A stretch of DNA of 63,080 nt from Candidatus Microgenomates bacterium (GCA_016199065.1 JACQHK010000053.1:1-63080), one strand, 5' to 3'; positions 25,778-35,314 are shown, numbered from the stretch's first letter. Numbers and translations are program-made. The notes: generated by a model not told the origin, from the letters alone.

Positions 25778-28372
25778 TTAGGGCGTCGGTGAGGGAGTAA
25801 TTTTCTGACAGTGGATTTTCGGTTCGCTCCCTTTAATAAAATATTCCGTAATCGTCGGGCATCCTTCACAGGGTAGCATACCATTCCAAGCACAAACCTG
25901 TACCGAAATTAGCTCGCTGCTTTGTGCAAATTTTTCCTCTTCTTTATCTTTCAATAATTCCACCATGACGTTATGCCAAATTGGTGCAGCTCCGGTTATT
26001 CCTGAAGAAAGATAGGGGTGCATTGGGGAGTTGTCGTTATTGCCTACCCAAACCACCACTAAAACAGAAGGAGTATAACCGATCGTCCAGTTATCCCTTT
26101 TTTCATTCGTAGTTCCGGTTTTAACCGCTACTGTTTTTCCGGGAATTACTAATGCCGAACTTGGGCCAAAAGCCATGGTCCGAGCGTTATTGTCGGAAAG
26201 TATGCTGGAAATTTGAAATGCTACCTCTTCTGGTAAAACGCGGGGGCGCGAACCCGATTTTTCTTCCTCGATTATTGAGCCTTTATAGTCAGTTATTTTA
26301 ATGATCGGATTTAGCGGCTGTTTTTTTCCTTCATTGGCAAATACCCCAAACCCTTCTGCCATATCGACCATGGTAACTTCACCACCACCCAAAGTTAAAG
26401 AAAGACCAAAACGATCTTCGTCTTCCCAAGTCGAAATACCCATTTTTCTTCCCATCTCAATCATCGTTTTTACACCAATGTTATTTAAAACTTTTACAGC
26501 AGGAATATTTAACGAATTTCCCAAAGCCTGACGTAGGGTAACTTTACCATGAAATTTTCCATCGTAATTTACAGGCGTATAAGGACGTTGTCCGGGAATG
26601 TTAAAAGAAATAGCCGAGTCATCAATAATAGTTGAGGGTGTATATCCTCGCTGCAGAGCGGCTGCGTACATGATTGGCTTTATCGAAGAACCGGGTTGAC
26701 GACGAGCCAAAGTAACATTGACGTTTCCATCATTTTCTAAATCGAAAAAATCTTGGGATCCAACCATGGCTAAAATCTCACCATTTTTGGGATTGGTAAC
26801 AAGCGCAGCGCCATTTCCTACCAGTAGATATTTAAGTTTTTCTATTTCCGTTGATACTTTCTCCTGAACCATATCTTGAGTTTTTAAATTTAGGCTGGTA
26901 TAGACGTTAAGACCCCCCTGCTCAACCAATCGTAGGCCGTATTTTCTGGCTAATAATTCTTTTACATACATTACAAAATGGGGTGCGCGAATTTCAATAT
27001 TGGGTTGAGCAAATTTTATTTGTTCTTCGCCGATAACTCTTTCTTGTTCCGGGGTCAAATAACCATCTTCTCTCATTCGTCTTAAAACCTCTTTTTGTCT
27101 TTCCTTGGCTAATTCCGGATGAGCTCCAAAGGGAGAATAAATAGAAGGCGCTGCGGGAAGTCCAGCCAACAACGCGCTTTCTGCTAAATTAAGGTCAGAA
27201 ACCTTTTTCTTAAAATAAGTTTCGGCTGCTGCTTCTACTCCCCAGGCGGTCCCTCCGTAAGGAACCTGATTAAAATACATCTCTAAAATTTCCTCTTTGG
27301 AATAAATCGTTTCTGCCCAAAGCGCCAGAACAACCTCCTTAATTTTTCTTTGAATCGTTTGTTCGGGACTTAATAAGGCGCTTTTAATTAACTGTTGAGT
27401 AATTGACGATCCCCCCTGGAGAGGTTTTCCTTCATTGTTTTTACCATTGGTAAAATTGACAAAACTTGCGCGCAAGATACCTTTTACATCAACTCCTCTG
27501 TGCCGATAAAAATTTTGATCCTCGATCGCCACTGTGGCATTTATTAAATTTTCCGGAATCTCGGATAATTTCACAAAACTTCTGTTTTGGGAAGAATAAA
27601 TTTGATAAAGCAGCGTGCCGTTTCGGTCGTAAATTTTAGTAGTGAGAGGAATCTCGCGACTACTTAATAATTTAGGGTTAGGCAGCTCAGCTACCCAGAA
27701 ATATAAAGTTAACGGAATCACCACGAAAAAAATCGTGATGATAATACCTAAAAGGAAAAATTTAATTTTTGTAAAAAAACCCACGCGTGGGTAAATCTGC
27801 CCCGATTTTTTGAAAGGCGGCACTTTGGGTTTGGCTTTTGCGAAAAGTCTGGGGAAAAAAAGTAAAACTTTAACTAAAAAATTCTGGACTAGGCTTTTGA
27901 AAGAGAATAACGTTTGGAGTAAATTTTTAATTTGAAGGAAAAAACCGGTCGTTGCCTTATTAAATTGCCGAACAATTAAACTAAAAATTTTGTTTGAAAA
28001 GTCTGTTAAAAAGTAAAGATTCGGGACGGGTAAGAAAATTCTTCTTTTTAGATCCTGTAGCTGAGAAAGGATTTTTAAATAAAGGTCCCGCGAAATTTTT
28101 CTTGCCTTGGAAAAAAAATCCTTTGCTTCCTTTCTCTTCTTTTTTTCTTTTTCAGGAAAAGTAAGTAATTTCTTAAACCTCGTTTCGAGAAAAGAGAAGT
28201 TGATTTTTCTGAATCTTATAGGCCATAAAAATAGCCATAATAAAATTCCTCCGATTCCCGATACGAAATTGAGGACTGTTAAAATAATAAGAGCAGCAAC
28301 GTTATTGATATTGGTCACCAAAGGAGCGCGATGTGAGGCAGTGTTCTCCTTTTGTCTTTTACCACGTCCCAC
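25778..28372 (-). CDS. Class A penicillin-binding protein (PBP1A-type) with a ~200-aa N-terminal extension
   Basis: GT51 motifs EDQNFYRHRGVD and GGSSITQQL. Transpeptidase motifs SSIKP, SLN and KTGTT. GTG start. There is an extra N-terminal TM helix plus a basic K/F-rich segment before the usual anchor. Confidence 0.9.
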   Translation of the reverse strand: MGRGKRQKENTASHRAPLVTNINNVAALIILTVLNFVSGIGGILLWLFLWPIRFRKINFSFLETRFKKLLTFPEKEKKKRKEAKDFFSKARKISRDLYLKILSQLQDLKRRIFLPVPNLYFLTDFSNKIFSLIVRQFNKATTGFFLQIKNLLQTLFSFKSLVQNFLVKVLLFFPRLFAKAKPKVPPFKKSGQIYPRVGFFTKIKFFLLGIIITIFFVVIPLTLYFWVAELPNPKLLSSREIPLTTKIYDRNGTLLYQIYSSQNRSFVKLSEIPENLINATVAIEDQNFYRHRGVDVKGILRASFVNFTNGKNNEGKPLQGGSSITQQLIKSALLSPEQTIQRKIKEVVLALWAETIYSKEEILEMYFNQVPYGGTAWGVEAAAETYFKKKVSDLNLAESALLAGLPAAPSIYSPFGAHPELAKERQKEVLRRMREDGYLTPEQERVIGEEQIKFAQPNIEIRAPHFVMYVKELLARKYGLRLVEQGGLNVYTSLNLKTQDMVQEKVSTEIEKLKYLLVGNGAALVTNPKNGEILAMVGSQDFFDLENDGNVNVTLARRQPGSSIKPIMYAAALQRGYTPSTIIDDSAISFNIPGQRPYTPVNYDGKFHGKVTLRQALGNSLNIPAVKVLNNIGVKTMIEMGRKMGISTWEDEDRFGLSLTLGGGEVTMVDMAEGFGVFANEGKKQPLNPIIKITDYKGSIIEEEKSGSRPRVLPEEVAFQISSILSDNNARTMAFGPSSALVIPGKTVAVKTGTTNEKRDNWTIGYTPSVLVVVWVGNNDNSPMHPYLSSGITGAAPIWHNVMVELLKDKEEEKFAQSSELISVQVCAWNGMLPCEGCPTITEYFIKGSEPKIHCQKITPSPTP

Positions 28373-28418
28373 ATCCTAGCTTATAGCATAATGGGAGGGG
28401 ATTTGTGAAGAGGAAAAC

Positions 28419-28505
28419 GAATTTAAAATTTACAATGTACAATTGACAATTAATAATTAGTTGTTTATTAACAATTGGAAATTCGAAAATTGAAAACTGA
28501 AAATT
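28419..28505. repeat. AT-only intergenic repeat, copy R2 (the right arm is GAAAATT-type)
   Basis: GGAAATTCGAAAATTGAAAACTGAAAATT abuts the stop of the upstream PBP gene. The left side is built of CAATT/AATTT units. Confidence 0.6.
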
Positions 28506-30812
28506 TTACTCGGGTGGCCAGCGATTAATTATTACCACCTCATCGTTTTCGTGTGAACAATCAACACAGTAAGCACTAAAAGCATCTTTTACGACAATAT
28601 GTTCCTGTTCTTCAATGTTATCGGTTTGTCCGGACTTGGCGGGTTTGTTTACAGTTTTATCAATCAGGATTTTTTTCTTACTATCATCTACTTCTTTAGG
28701 CTCCGTTCCTTTTATAAAATACTCTGTCCGCGTCGAACAACCGCTTTCTCCCGGAAGCTTACCGGACAACGAACAGATTGTTATACCAACGATATCTGAA
28801 GGCATTAACGGCCACTCGTCGGGCTGATCCTTTAAAACGTATGTCATAATTTTATTCCAAATCGGTGCGGCCCCGGTTATTCCTGAGGAAAGATAAGGAT
28901 GCATAGGAGAGTTATCATTATTCCCGACCCAAACCACTGTCAAAAAAGACGGTGTATAACCAATTGTCCAGTTGTCTCTCTTGTCATCTGTTGTTCCTGT
29001 TTTTACCGAAACAGCCTGATGTTTGGGAATTCGCAGCAGGGAATTTTCGCCAAACGCTCCTGCCCGGGCGTTATTATCAAGCAGAATATGAGAAATAAGA
29101 AAAGTCACATTAAAGGGCAACACGCGTGGTCCAGCAATGTCTAGTAAGGAATGCTTCTTCTTTTTCTCCCAATTAATAACTTCCTTATTCTCTTCTAAAA
29201 TGTTTCCCTTAAAATCGGTAATTTTAAGAATAGGATTAAGATCTTTTCTAATACCGCTATTGGCAAAAACACCAAAAGCAGTTGCCATCTCTGTCATGCG
29301 TACTTCTCCCCCTCCCAATGTCAAAGATAAACCATAACGACTTTCGTCTTTAAAAGTAGAAATTCCCATTGCCGAAGCAGTAGCAACCATATCATGAACT
29401 GAATTTAGCGCCAACATTTTAACTGCAGGAATATTTAGAGAATTACCTAGAGCAAAACGAAGCTGCACTGGTCCGCGAAAATGACCATCGTAATTAACCG
29501 GGCAATAAGCTTTTTGACCAATAATGTTAGCAAAACAAGTTTTGGTATCAATAAAAACCGTTCCGGGGGTGTAGCCCTTCAATAACCCAACTGCATAATT
29601 AATGGGTTTAATGGCCGAACCCGGTTGACGTTCGGCAAGCGTAACATTAACATTTCCATCATGTTCTGTATCAAAATAATCCCGCGAGCCTACCATGGCT
29701 AAAATTTCTCCGGTGGGGGGTTTAATTACCAAAGCAGCACCGTTGCCTACTTTTAAATTTTTAAGCTTTGCGACCTCAGAAGCAACTGTTTCCTGGGCAA
29801 AATTTTGAATATTCCAGTCCAAAGTAGTTGTAACGCGCAAACCACCTCTTTCCACCAAATTAGAACCATACTTTTGCGTCACTAGCTCTTTGATGTATAA
29901 CACGAAATGGGCCGCTTTGATTTGTTCTTTCTGTAAATTAAATTTTAATGGTTCTCTTAAAGCCCTCTCTGCTTCTTCTTTGCTTATGTAATGATCTTCC
30001 ACCATTCTTTTTAACACGCCCTCCTGGCGGCGCTTTGCCAAATCGGGACGCGAGCCGAATGGCGAATAAAGACTCGGCGCCACAGGTAAACCTGCTAAGA
30101 GTGCACTTTCTGCCAGATTAAGCTGGGACGCCTTTTTACCGAAATACCTCTGGGCCGCAGCCTCTACCCCCCAAGCAGTACCTCCGTAAGGAACCTGGTT
30201 TAAATATAATTCCAGAATTTTGTCCTTACCATAAAGAGTTTCTACTAAAACCGCCAGAATTATCTCTTTTATTTTTCTCGTAACGGTCCTTTCCGGTGTA
30301 AGTAGAGCGTTTTTAACTAGCTGTTGGGTAATGGTTGATCCACCCTGCAGCTTGCGATAGATAATCATATCTTTTACGGCACGGATTACCCCTCCGATCA
30401 GGTTTACCCCTTTGTGTTTATAAAAATCTTTATCTTCAATGGCAATCGTGGCATTTTTCAGATTTTGGGGAATTTGTGATAAAGGGACTAAAGTTCTATT
30501 CTGATCAGCATAAATTTCATAAAGTAAAACTTGGTTTCTGTCAAAAATCTTGGTGGTTTGAGAAGGCGGTTGGTTAACTAATTTCTGAACCGAAGGTAAA
30601 TCTTTTAAAATTAACCAATAAAAACTAAGGACGAAAACGGTAATTAAGACCAGGGCCAGGGAATATTTTTGTAAAAAGGAAAAAAATCTTTGCCGAAAAA
30701 TGACCACGAAGGGCTTTTGATTAATATCGCTTTTACCGCTTATATTTCGGCTGGTAACAGTAGAAACTTTTTGTTTTTTATTTCGGGACTTTGGCATGTG
30801 GTAATTATACAA
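28506..30812 (-). CDS. Class A penicillin-binding protein (PBP1A-type), paralog 2
   Basis: EDKDFYKHKGVN, GGSTITQQL, SAIKP, SLN and KTGTT. It shares NDNSPMHPYLSSGITGAAPIW with the downstream paralog. Confidence 0.9.
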   Translation of the reverse strand: MYNYHMPKSRNKKQKVSTVTSRNISGKSDINQKPFVVIFRQRFFSFLQKYSLALVLITVFVLSFYWLILKDLPSVQKLVNQPPSQTTKIFDRNQVLLYEIYADQNRTLVPLSQIPQNLKNATIAIEDKDFYKHKGVNLIGGVIRAVKDMIIYRKLQGGSTITQQLVKNALLTPERTVTRKIKEIILAVLVETLYGKDKILELYLNQVPYGGTAWGVEAAAQRYFGKKASQLNLAESALLAGLPVAPSLYSPFGSRPDLAKRRQEGVLKRMVEDHYISKEEAERALREPLKFNLQKEQIKAAHFVLYIKELVTQKYGSNLVERGGLRVTTTLDWNIQNFAQETVASEVAKLKNLKVGNGAALVIKPPTGEILAMVGSRDYFDTEHDGNVNVTLAERQPGSAIKPINYAVGLLKGYTPGTVFIDTKTCFANIIGQKAYCPVNYDGHFRGPVQLRFALGNSLNIPAVKMLALNSVHDMVATASAMGISTFKDESRYGLSLTLGGGEVRMTEMATAFGVFANSGIRKDLNPILKITDFKGNILEENKEVINWEKKKKHSLLDIAGPRVLPFNVTFLISHILLDNNARAGAFGENSLLRIPKHQAVSVKTGTTDDKRDNWTIGYTPSFLTVVWVGNNDNSPMHPYLSSGITGAAPIWNKIMTYVLKDQPDEWPLMPSDIVGITICSLSGKLPGESGCSTRTEYFIKGTEPKEVDDSKKKILIDKTVNKPAKSGQTDNIEEQEHIVVKDAFSAYCVDCSHENDEVVIINRWPPE

Positions 30813-30913
30813 AATTGCCTACGGCCGGTCGAGTAAGGCTTTATTAAATTAGAGCTTTCTTTCCAAAAACGAAAAATAGTTCTATACTTCAATAACTCAC
30901 TTTTACAAATGAT

Positions 30914-31020
30914 TTTTCAGTATAAACCCTTCAGAGCGAACCTCTTCAGGATGAACTCATCTAATCCTCTTTTCACCCCGCTCAGCGGGGTTTCAAATCG
31001 GAGTAAGATGGGTGTACAAT
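30914..31020 (+). promoter_or_regulatory. Conserved structured element, copy B (5' of the CvpA-CAP gene)
   Basis: TCAGTATA, hairpin, CATCTAATCC, hairpin CCCCGC-TCA-GCGGGG, then CGGAGTAAGATG. The order matches the minus-strand element at 18342..18432. Confidence 0.45.
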
Positions 31021-31028
31021 AAAATACA

Positions 31029-32012
31029 ATGTTCGGAGTTAATCTTCCCTTTCTTCATGGTAACTGGATTGATTTGATCATTATTATCATTTTATTCTGG
31101 TTTTTCTGGGAAGGCATTGGTAAGGGTTTTATAACTGGGATTGTCGACTTATCGGCTCTCTTTGCTTCTTCTCTAATCGCCTTAAAAACGTATTGGGTAT
31201 TTTCCTTTCTTTTAGTGGGTAATTTTTCTTTACCCAAAGGAATTTCTGATGCGGTGGGTTTTCTGTTAGCCGGAATTATCGGAGAGGCTCTTTTTACCAC
31301 GGCTGCTAATTTTATAATTAGAAGGATTCCCCAAAGTTTCTTTAGTTCAAGAATAGAGAAAACACTAGGATTCATTCCCTCTTTTTTAAATGGTCTTCTG
31401 TTGGTGGCCTTTTTCTTAACCGTTTTATTAGCCCTACCAATTAATCCTGCCCTTAAATCGGCTATCATTTCTTCTAAAATAGGTTCGCCGATCGTCTTAA
31501 AAACTCAAGGTTTTGAAAGAACTTTAAATAATGTTTTTGGCGGGGCGATAAACGATACTCTAAATTTTTTAACAGTTAATAAAGATGACGAAAATATCGA
31601 TTTGCGTTTCATTGCAAAAAAGTTTACCGTTGATAATGTCTCAGAAGAACAAATGTGGTCTTTAATCAATCAGGAACGGAAAAAAATAAATTTACCTCCC
31701 TTATCTTCCGATGCAAATCTGCAAACTTTAGCCCGAGAACACGCTCAGGACATGTTAACCAAAGGTTATTTTTCACATAATACACCAGAAGGGCTTACCC
31801 CTTTTGATAGAATGAAAAATAAAAATATTAACTATCAGGCGGCGGGAGAAAATTTGGCTTTTGCACCTAACGTGGAGATTGCCCACGTAGGCCTGATGAA
31901 CAGTCCCGGACACCGAAAAAATATTTTAAATCAGGATTTTGGAAAGGTAGGGATAGGAGTAATTGACGCCGGCGTTTATGGAAAAATGTTTGTTCAGGAG
32001 TTTACTAACTGA
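31029..32012 (+). CDS. CvpA-family membrane domain fused to a CAP/SCP (YkwD-like) domain
   Basis: The N-terminal four-TM segment is CvpA-like (WIDLIIIIILFWFFWEGIGKGFI). The C-terminal REHAQDMLTKGYFSHNTPEG, GENLAF and MNSPGHRKNIL are CAP-domain motifs. Confidence 0.75.
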   Translation: MFGVNLPFLHGNWIDLIIIIILFWFFWEGIGKGFITGIVDLSALFASSLIALKTYWVFSFLLVGNFSLPKGISDAVGFLLAGIIGEALFTTAANFIIRRIPQSFFSSRIEKTLGFIPSFLNGLLLVAFFLTVLLALPINPALKSAIISSKIGSPIVLKTQGFERTLNNVFGGAINDTLNFLTVNKDDENIDLRFIAKKFTVDNVSEEQMWSLINQERKKINLPPLSSDANLQTLAREHAQDMLTKGYFSHNTPEGLTPFDRMKNKNINYQAAGENLAFAPNVEIAHVGLMNSPGHRKNILNQDFGKVGIGVIDAGVYGKMFVQEFTN

Positions 32013-32853
32013 AATATCTTACCAATCTTTTTTGATATTCTGTTAATATTAAATTAGCCGTCGCGCGAGGATGAAAAAAAATTCTGCGCTCCTCAATTTT
32101 TTCCAAAGTAATTTTAGGTTTCATATATGTTAACTGGAGTAAAAAGAAAAGTTTTTCTACCAAATCTAGAGGCTTACTCAACAACCTATTAATGAATGAT
32201 TTCGATTGCTTTAAGGAAATTAACCGACGGGGAAAGGCTCGGGGTAAATCTTTTTTTACCCATTGATTGGCTAACAAAAATTTTTCAAAAGTGTGCTCTT
32301 TGTTAAACAAACACTTAGTTTGCAATATTTCGTGTGCGAGATAGAGATTTCGCTCTGTGGGAGAAAAGTGAAGTTGCTGCTCGTCAAGAAATAAGTTAAG
32401 ACAAATTTTGTTAGACCAATTTTGTATCCCTGGTCTCCTTCTCACCCCCATAATCTCCAATAAAAGGGTGGTTAAGAAACGGGTTAGCCAAACTCTTCTT
32501 TCTGCCGTAATGATTAATAAATCGATATCGTCATCTTTCTTACCATTTTCCATGGCCAACGCTCCGGTTAGGGCAATCATTTTTACCCAAGGAATATATC
32601 TTAAGGAAGAGCTAATCTTTTGCGCAATTAATTTTTTAGAATCGGAGAATCTTAGCCGTTCTTGGCGAATTAAAACATTTTTTTTCCGGCCGTTTAGAAA
32701 ATAATATTTACCTTCTTTTTTAAAAAAATTTAGGGAAATTTTACTGTTGGCCTTGCATTTTATTTGCCACTTAGTAAACTCTTTAAAGGTTAAGGGGTAA
32801 GAAAAAATATCGGCGTAGCAAAGTGCCAAAAAGTTTGCCTTGTTCATGGCCAT
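32005..32853 (-). CDS. Nucleotidyltransferase-fold protein (Pol-beta superfamily-like)
   Basis: LTGALAMENGKKDDDIDLLIIT resembles the G-x-n-D-x-D NTase motif. The start is placed at MAMNK (32853), because the track N-terminus (to 33036) reads through repeat R3. Confidence 0.5.
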   Translation of the reverse strand: MAMNKANFLALCYADIFSYPLTFKEFTKWQIKCKANSKISLNFFKKEGKYYFLNGRKKNVLIRQERLRFSDSKKLIAQKISSSLRYIPWVKMIALTGALAMENGKKDDDIDLLIITAERRVWLTRFLTTLLLEIMGVRRRPGIQNWSNKICLNLFLDEQQLHFSPTERNLYLAHEILQTKCLFNKEHTFEKFLLANQWVKKDLPRAFPRRLISLKQSKSFINRLLSKPLDLVEKLFFLLQLTYMKPKITLEKIEERRIFFHPRATANLILTEYQKRLVRYFS

Positions 32854-32878
32854 TATGATAGCATAAAAGTTAACTATC

Positions 32879-32992
32879 GATTTTCGAATTTTCGTAATTT
32901 TCAAAATAAATCTCAATTTATAATTATCAGGGTTTAAAAATTGAATCTTGAAAATTATTTGGAAAATAGCAAAATTAGGAAAATTGAAAATT
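32879..32992. repeat. AATTTTC/GAAAATT heptamer palindromic intergenic repeat, copy R3
   Basis: GATTTTCGAATTTTCGTAATTTTC on the left and GAAAATTATTTGGAAAATAGCAAAATTAGGAAAATTGAAAATT on the right. Confidence 0.8.
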
Positions 32993-33000
32993 AAGCAAGT

Positions 33001-34002
33001 ATGTTTAATAAATTTAGAAAAATCTCTTCCCTCCACCTGCTATCTCTGTCGGTCTCTGCTTTGGCAATCGTATATTTATTGCAAATAACGGCTAATTTTT
33101 TAAGAATTTTTAGCGACGTTTTTTTGGTCCTTATCCTCGCCTGGTTGATTTCTTTCGTCATCGAACCATTAGTTGATTTATTTACCGGCAAAGGATTAAC
33201 CAGAATTAAATCGGCTGCCTTAATTTATAGCATTGTAGCTATCGTCGTTATTTATCTACTACTAAAGACAACGCCCATCATGATTTCGGAGATTAATTCC
33301 CTCTCTGTCAGTTTTCCTAAATATTTAGATTATTTCCCCGGGTGGGCCAATCGCATTGGCGATTTTTTACTCTCCACCTTAAATAATTCAGTGGCAATCG
33401 TGCAGCAAATTGCTTCTGGACTGTTTTATTTAGTCTTCATCCTTCTCCTGTCCTTTTATTTTGTAGTAGATAAGGAAAAAATTAAAAATGGCTTATTACT
33501 TTTCATTCCCAAACAATTTAGGGACGAGGTAGAATACCTTAACGAAGCTATTAACACCAGCTTCGCCGGATTTATCAGGGCTCAGGTGGTCTTCGGCATA
33601 ATCTTTGGCTTTTTCAATTTAATTTTTCTGTTAATTTTTGCTCCTCAATATGCAATTCTGGCGAGTTTTCTATCGGGTATATTAAACATGTTGCCCCTCA
33701 TTGGTCCGTTCTTGGGTCTTATTCCGCCAATTTTAGTCCTGATCCCGCTGGGTTTTAATCAGGCATTCTGGTTAGTATTGATAATTTTTCTTTTTCAGCA
33801 AATTTTATTTAATCTCTTGGGCCCTAAAATATACGGGCAAAACGTCAAACTCCATCCCATTTGGGTTCTGTTGGCTTTTTTAATAGGTTTTAAAATTGCC
33901 GGGGCGTGGGGTTCAATTTTTGCCGTTCCGGTGGCTTCGGTTTTAGGTATTGTCTTTTCTACTGTGACAAAGAGGTTGGTAAACCGTATTGACCGAGAAT
34001 AG
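33001..34002 (+). CDS. AI-2E family transporter (PerM/UPF0118)
   Basis: About 8 TM helices, with the typical LNMLPLIGPFLGLIPPILV segment. Confidence 0.8.
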   Translation: MFNKFRKISSLHLLSLSVSALAIVYLLQITANFLRIFSDVFLVLILAWLISFVIEPLVDLFTGKGLTRIKSAALIYSIVAIVVIYLLLKTTPIMISEINSLSVSFPKYLDYFPGWANRIGDFLLSTLNNSVAIVQQIASGLFYLVFILLLSFYFVVDKEKIKNGLLLFIPKQFRDEVEYLNEAINTSFAGFIRAQVVFGIIFGFFNLIFLLIFAPQYAILASFLSGILNMLPLIGPFLGLIPPILVLIPLGFNQAFWLVLIIFLFQQILFNLLGPKIYGQNVKLHPIWVLLAFLIGFKIAGAWGSIFAVPVASVLGIVFSTVTKRLVNRIDRE

Positions 34003-35269
34003 TATTTACACCGGTAGAGACGGTAGTTAAAGCACTTTTGGTAGTACTCGTCTCCTTACTTACACTATTTACTGCATCAAGAAAGTATTGAATAATTTTA
34101 TCGTTTATGCCTGCATCATAGGTTCGGGAAGAAAGATACCACGAAGTCAAATCGGAAGCTTGTTTAACAAAGGGACCGGCGATAGGATCATCTTGTATTA
34201 AGTCTGCCATATCGGCTCTTGAATAAGGCTCACCGAACAATCTGACTTTGGATGCCTCAGAGTAGAGTTTTTGCAATGTTTGCTTTTCTGTCAAATATTT
34301 AACAAAAGCCCACGCCTCCGGCTGGTTTTGACTTTTGCGGGAAACTCCTTCTACCCAATAGGTCGCCCACGTAACTTTTCCTCCTGAAAGTTGGGGTACT
34401 GGAACTACAAAAAAATCTAAACTAGGATTGAGAGTTTTAATATCAAAGGCTTCCCAATGAGGACCAAAAAACATCGCCAATTTGCCCTGAGCAAAGGAGA
34501 GCATGGAATTATCCAACGTTTCATCCCAAACCTTATTATCACCTTTGGCAAAAGAGACATAATAATCTAAGGCGTCGATGCCGGCGTTTGATCCATCTGG
34601 TAAAACCGTAGAATCAACTTTGGTCATGTTGGTTCCGTTTTGTAACATCATCAGTCCTAAAATATCGCTCCAGTGCTCAACGTTGTTAGTGGTACCTAGA
34701 GCAGCGCCCGCGGTTTGAATCCTACCCGTTGACGGATCCTTAACCGTTAATTGCCTGGCGAGTGTTTTGAAATCTTCCCAAGTAGAAGGTGGTGTTGCAC
34801 CAGCGGCCTTGAGAATGTCGCTATTGATATATAATCCCAAGGCATCGATCTCTAGTGGTAATCCATAGTATTGATTACCCATCTTTAAATCTTTCTTCAC
34901 AATCGGATAAAAAGTATTTTCAATGACACTGGGACTCATCACGTTATTGGGAACTGGAGAAAGATCGTTTCTTAGCATCGGCAACCAGGTATTATGAAAG
35001 CGAAAAATATCAGGACCGGTACCCTCTGCTAGTCTCGTGGTTAAAGTTTCGCGATATCTTTGAGGAGACATTCTTTTATAAACGATGGTGATATTGGGAT
35101 GAAGTTTTTGATAATCATCAATTATGGTCCTCATTACCGCCTCAGGCTCCCAAAGACCCCAGTATTGCAAAGTTACCTTCTTTTCTGCTGGTTTCCCAAA
35201 AGGAAGATTACATCCGGCCGTAGTAAGTGTAACAACGACTAAAAAAAGAAACAGGAGTAATTTTTTCAT
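33959..35269 (-). CDS. ABC transporter substrate-binding lipoprotein (family 1, sugar-type)
   Basis: Lipobox LTTAGC, 436 aa, and WGLWEP, GTGPDIF and W-rich blocks typical of SBP_bac_1. Confidence 0.8.
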   Translation of the reverse strand: MKKLLLFLFLVVVTLTTAGCNLPFGKPAEKKVTLQYWGLWEPEAVMRTIIDDYQKLHPNITIVYKRMSPQRYRETLTTRLAEGTGPDIFRFHNTWLPMLRNDLSPVPNNVMSPSVIENTFYPIVKKDLKMGNQYYGLPLEIDALGLYINSDILKAAGATPPSTWEDFKTLARQLTVKDPSTGRIQTAGAALGTTNNVEHWSDILGLMMLQNGTNMTKVDSTVLPDGSNAGIDALDYYVSFAKGDNKVWDETLDNSMLSFAQGKLAMFFGPHWEAFDIKTLNPSLDFFVVPVPQLSGGKVTWATYWVEGVSRKSQNQPEAWAFVKYLTEKQTLQKLYSEASKVRLFGEPYSRADMADLIQDDPIAGPFVKQASDLTSWYLSSRTYDAGINDKIIQYFLDAVNSVSKETSTTKSALTTVSTGVNTILGQYGLPTSLSQ

Positions 35270-35314
35270 CCTAAATCTAGGATAGGAAAAATATGAAATA
35301 AGTGCAAGAGGTGA

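Noticed and set aside
28107-28379. 90-aa plus-strand ORF
   Set aside because: It is antisense to the K/F-rich N-terminal extension of the PBP gene. Its low-complexity translation mirrors that region.
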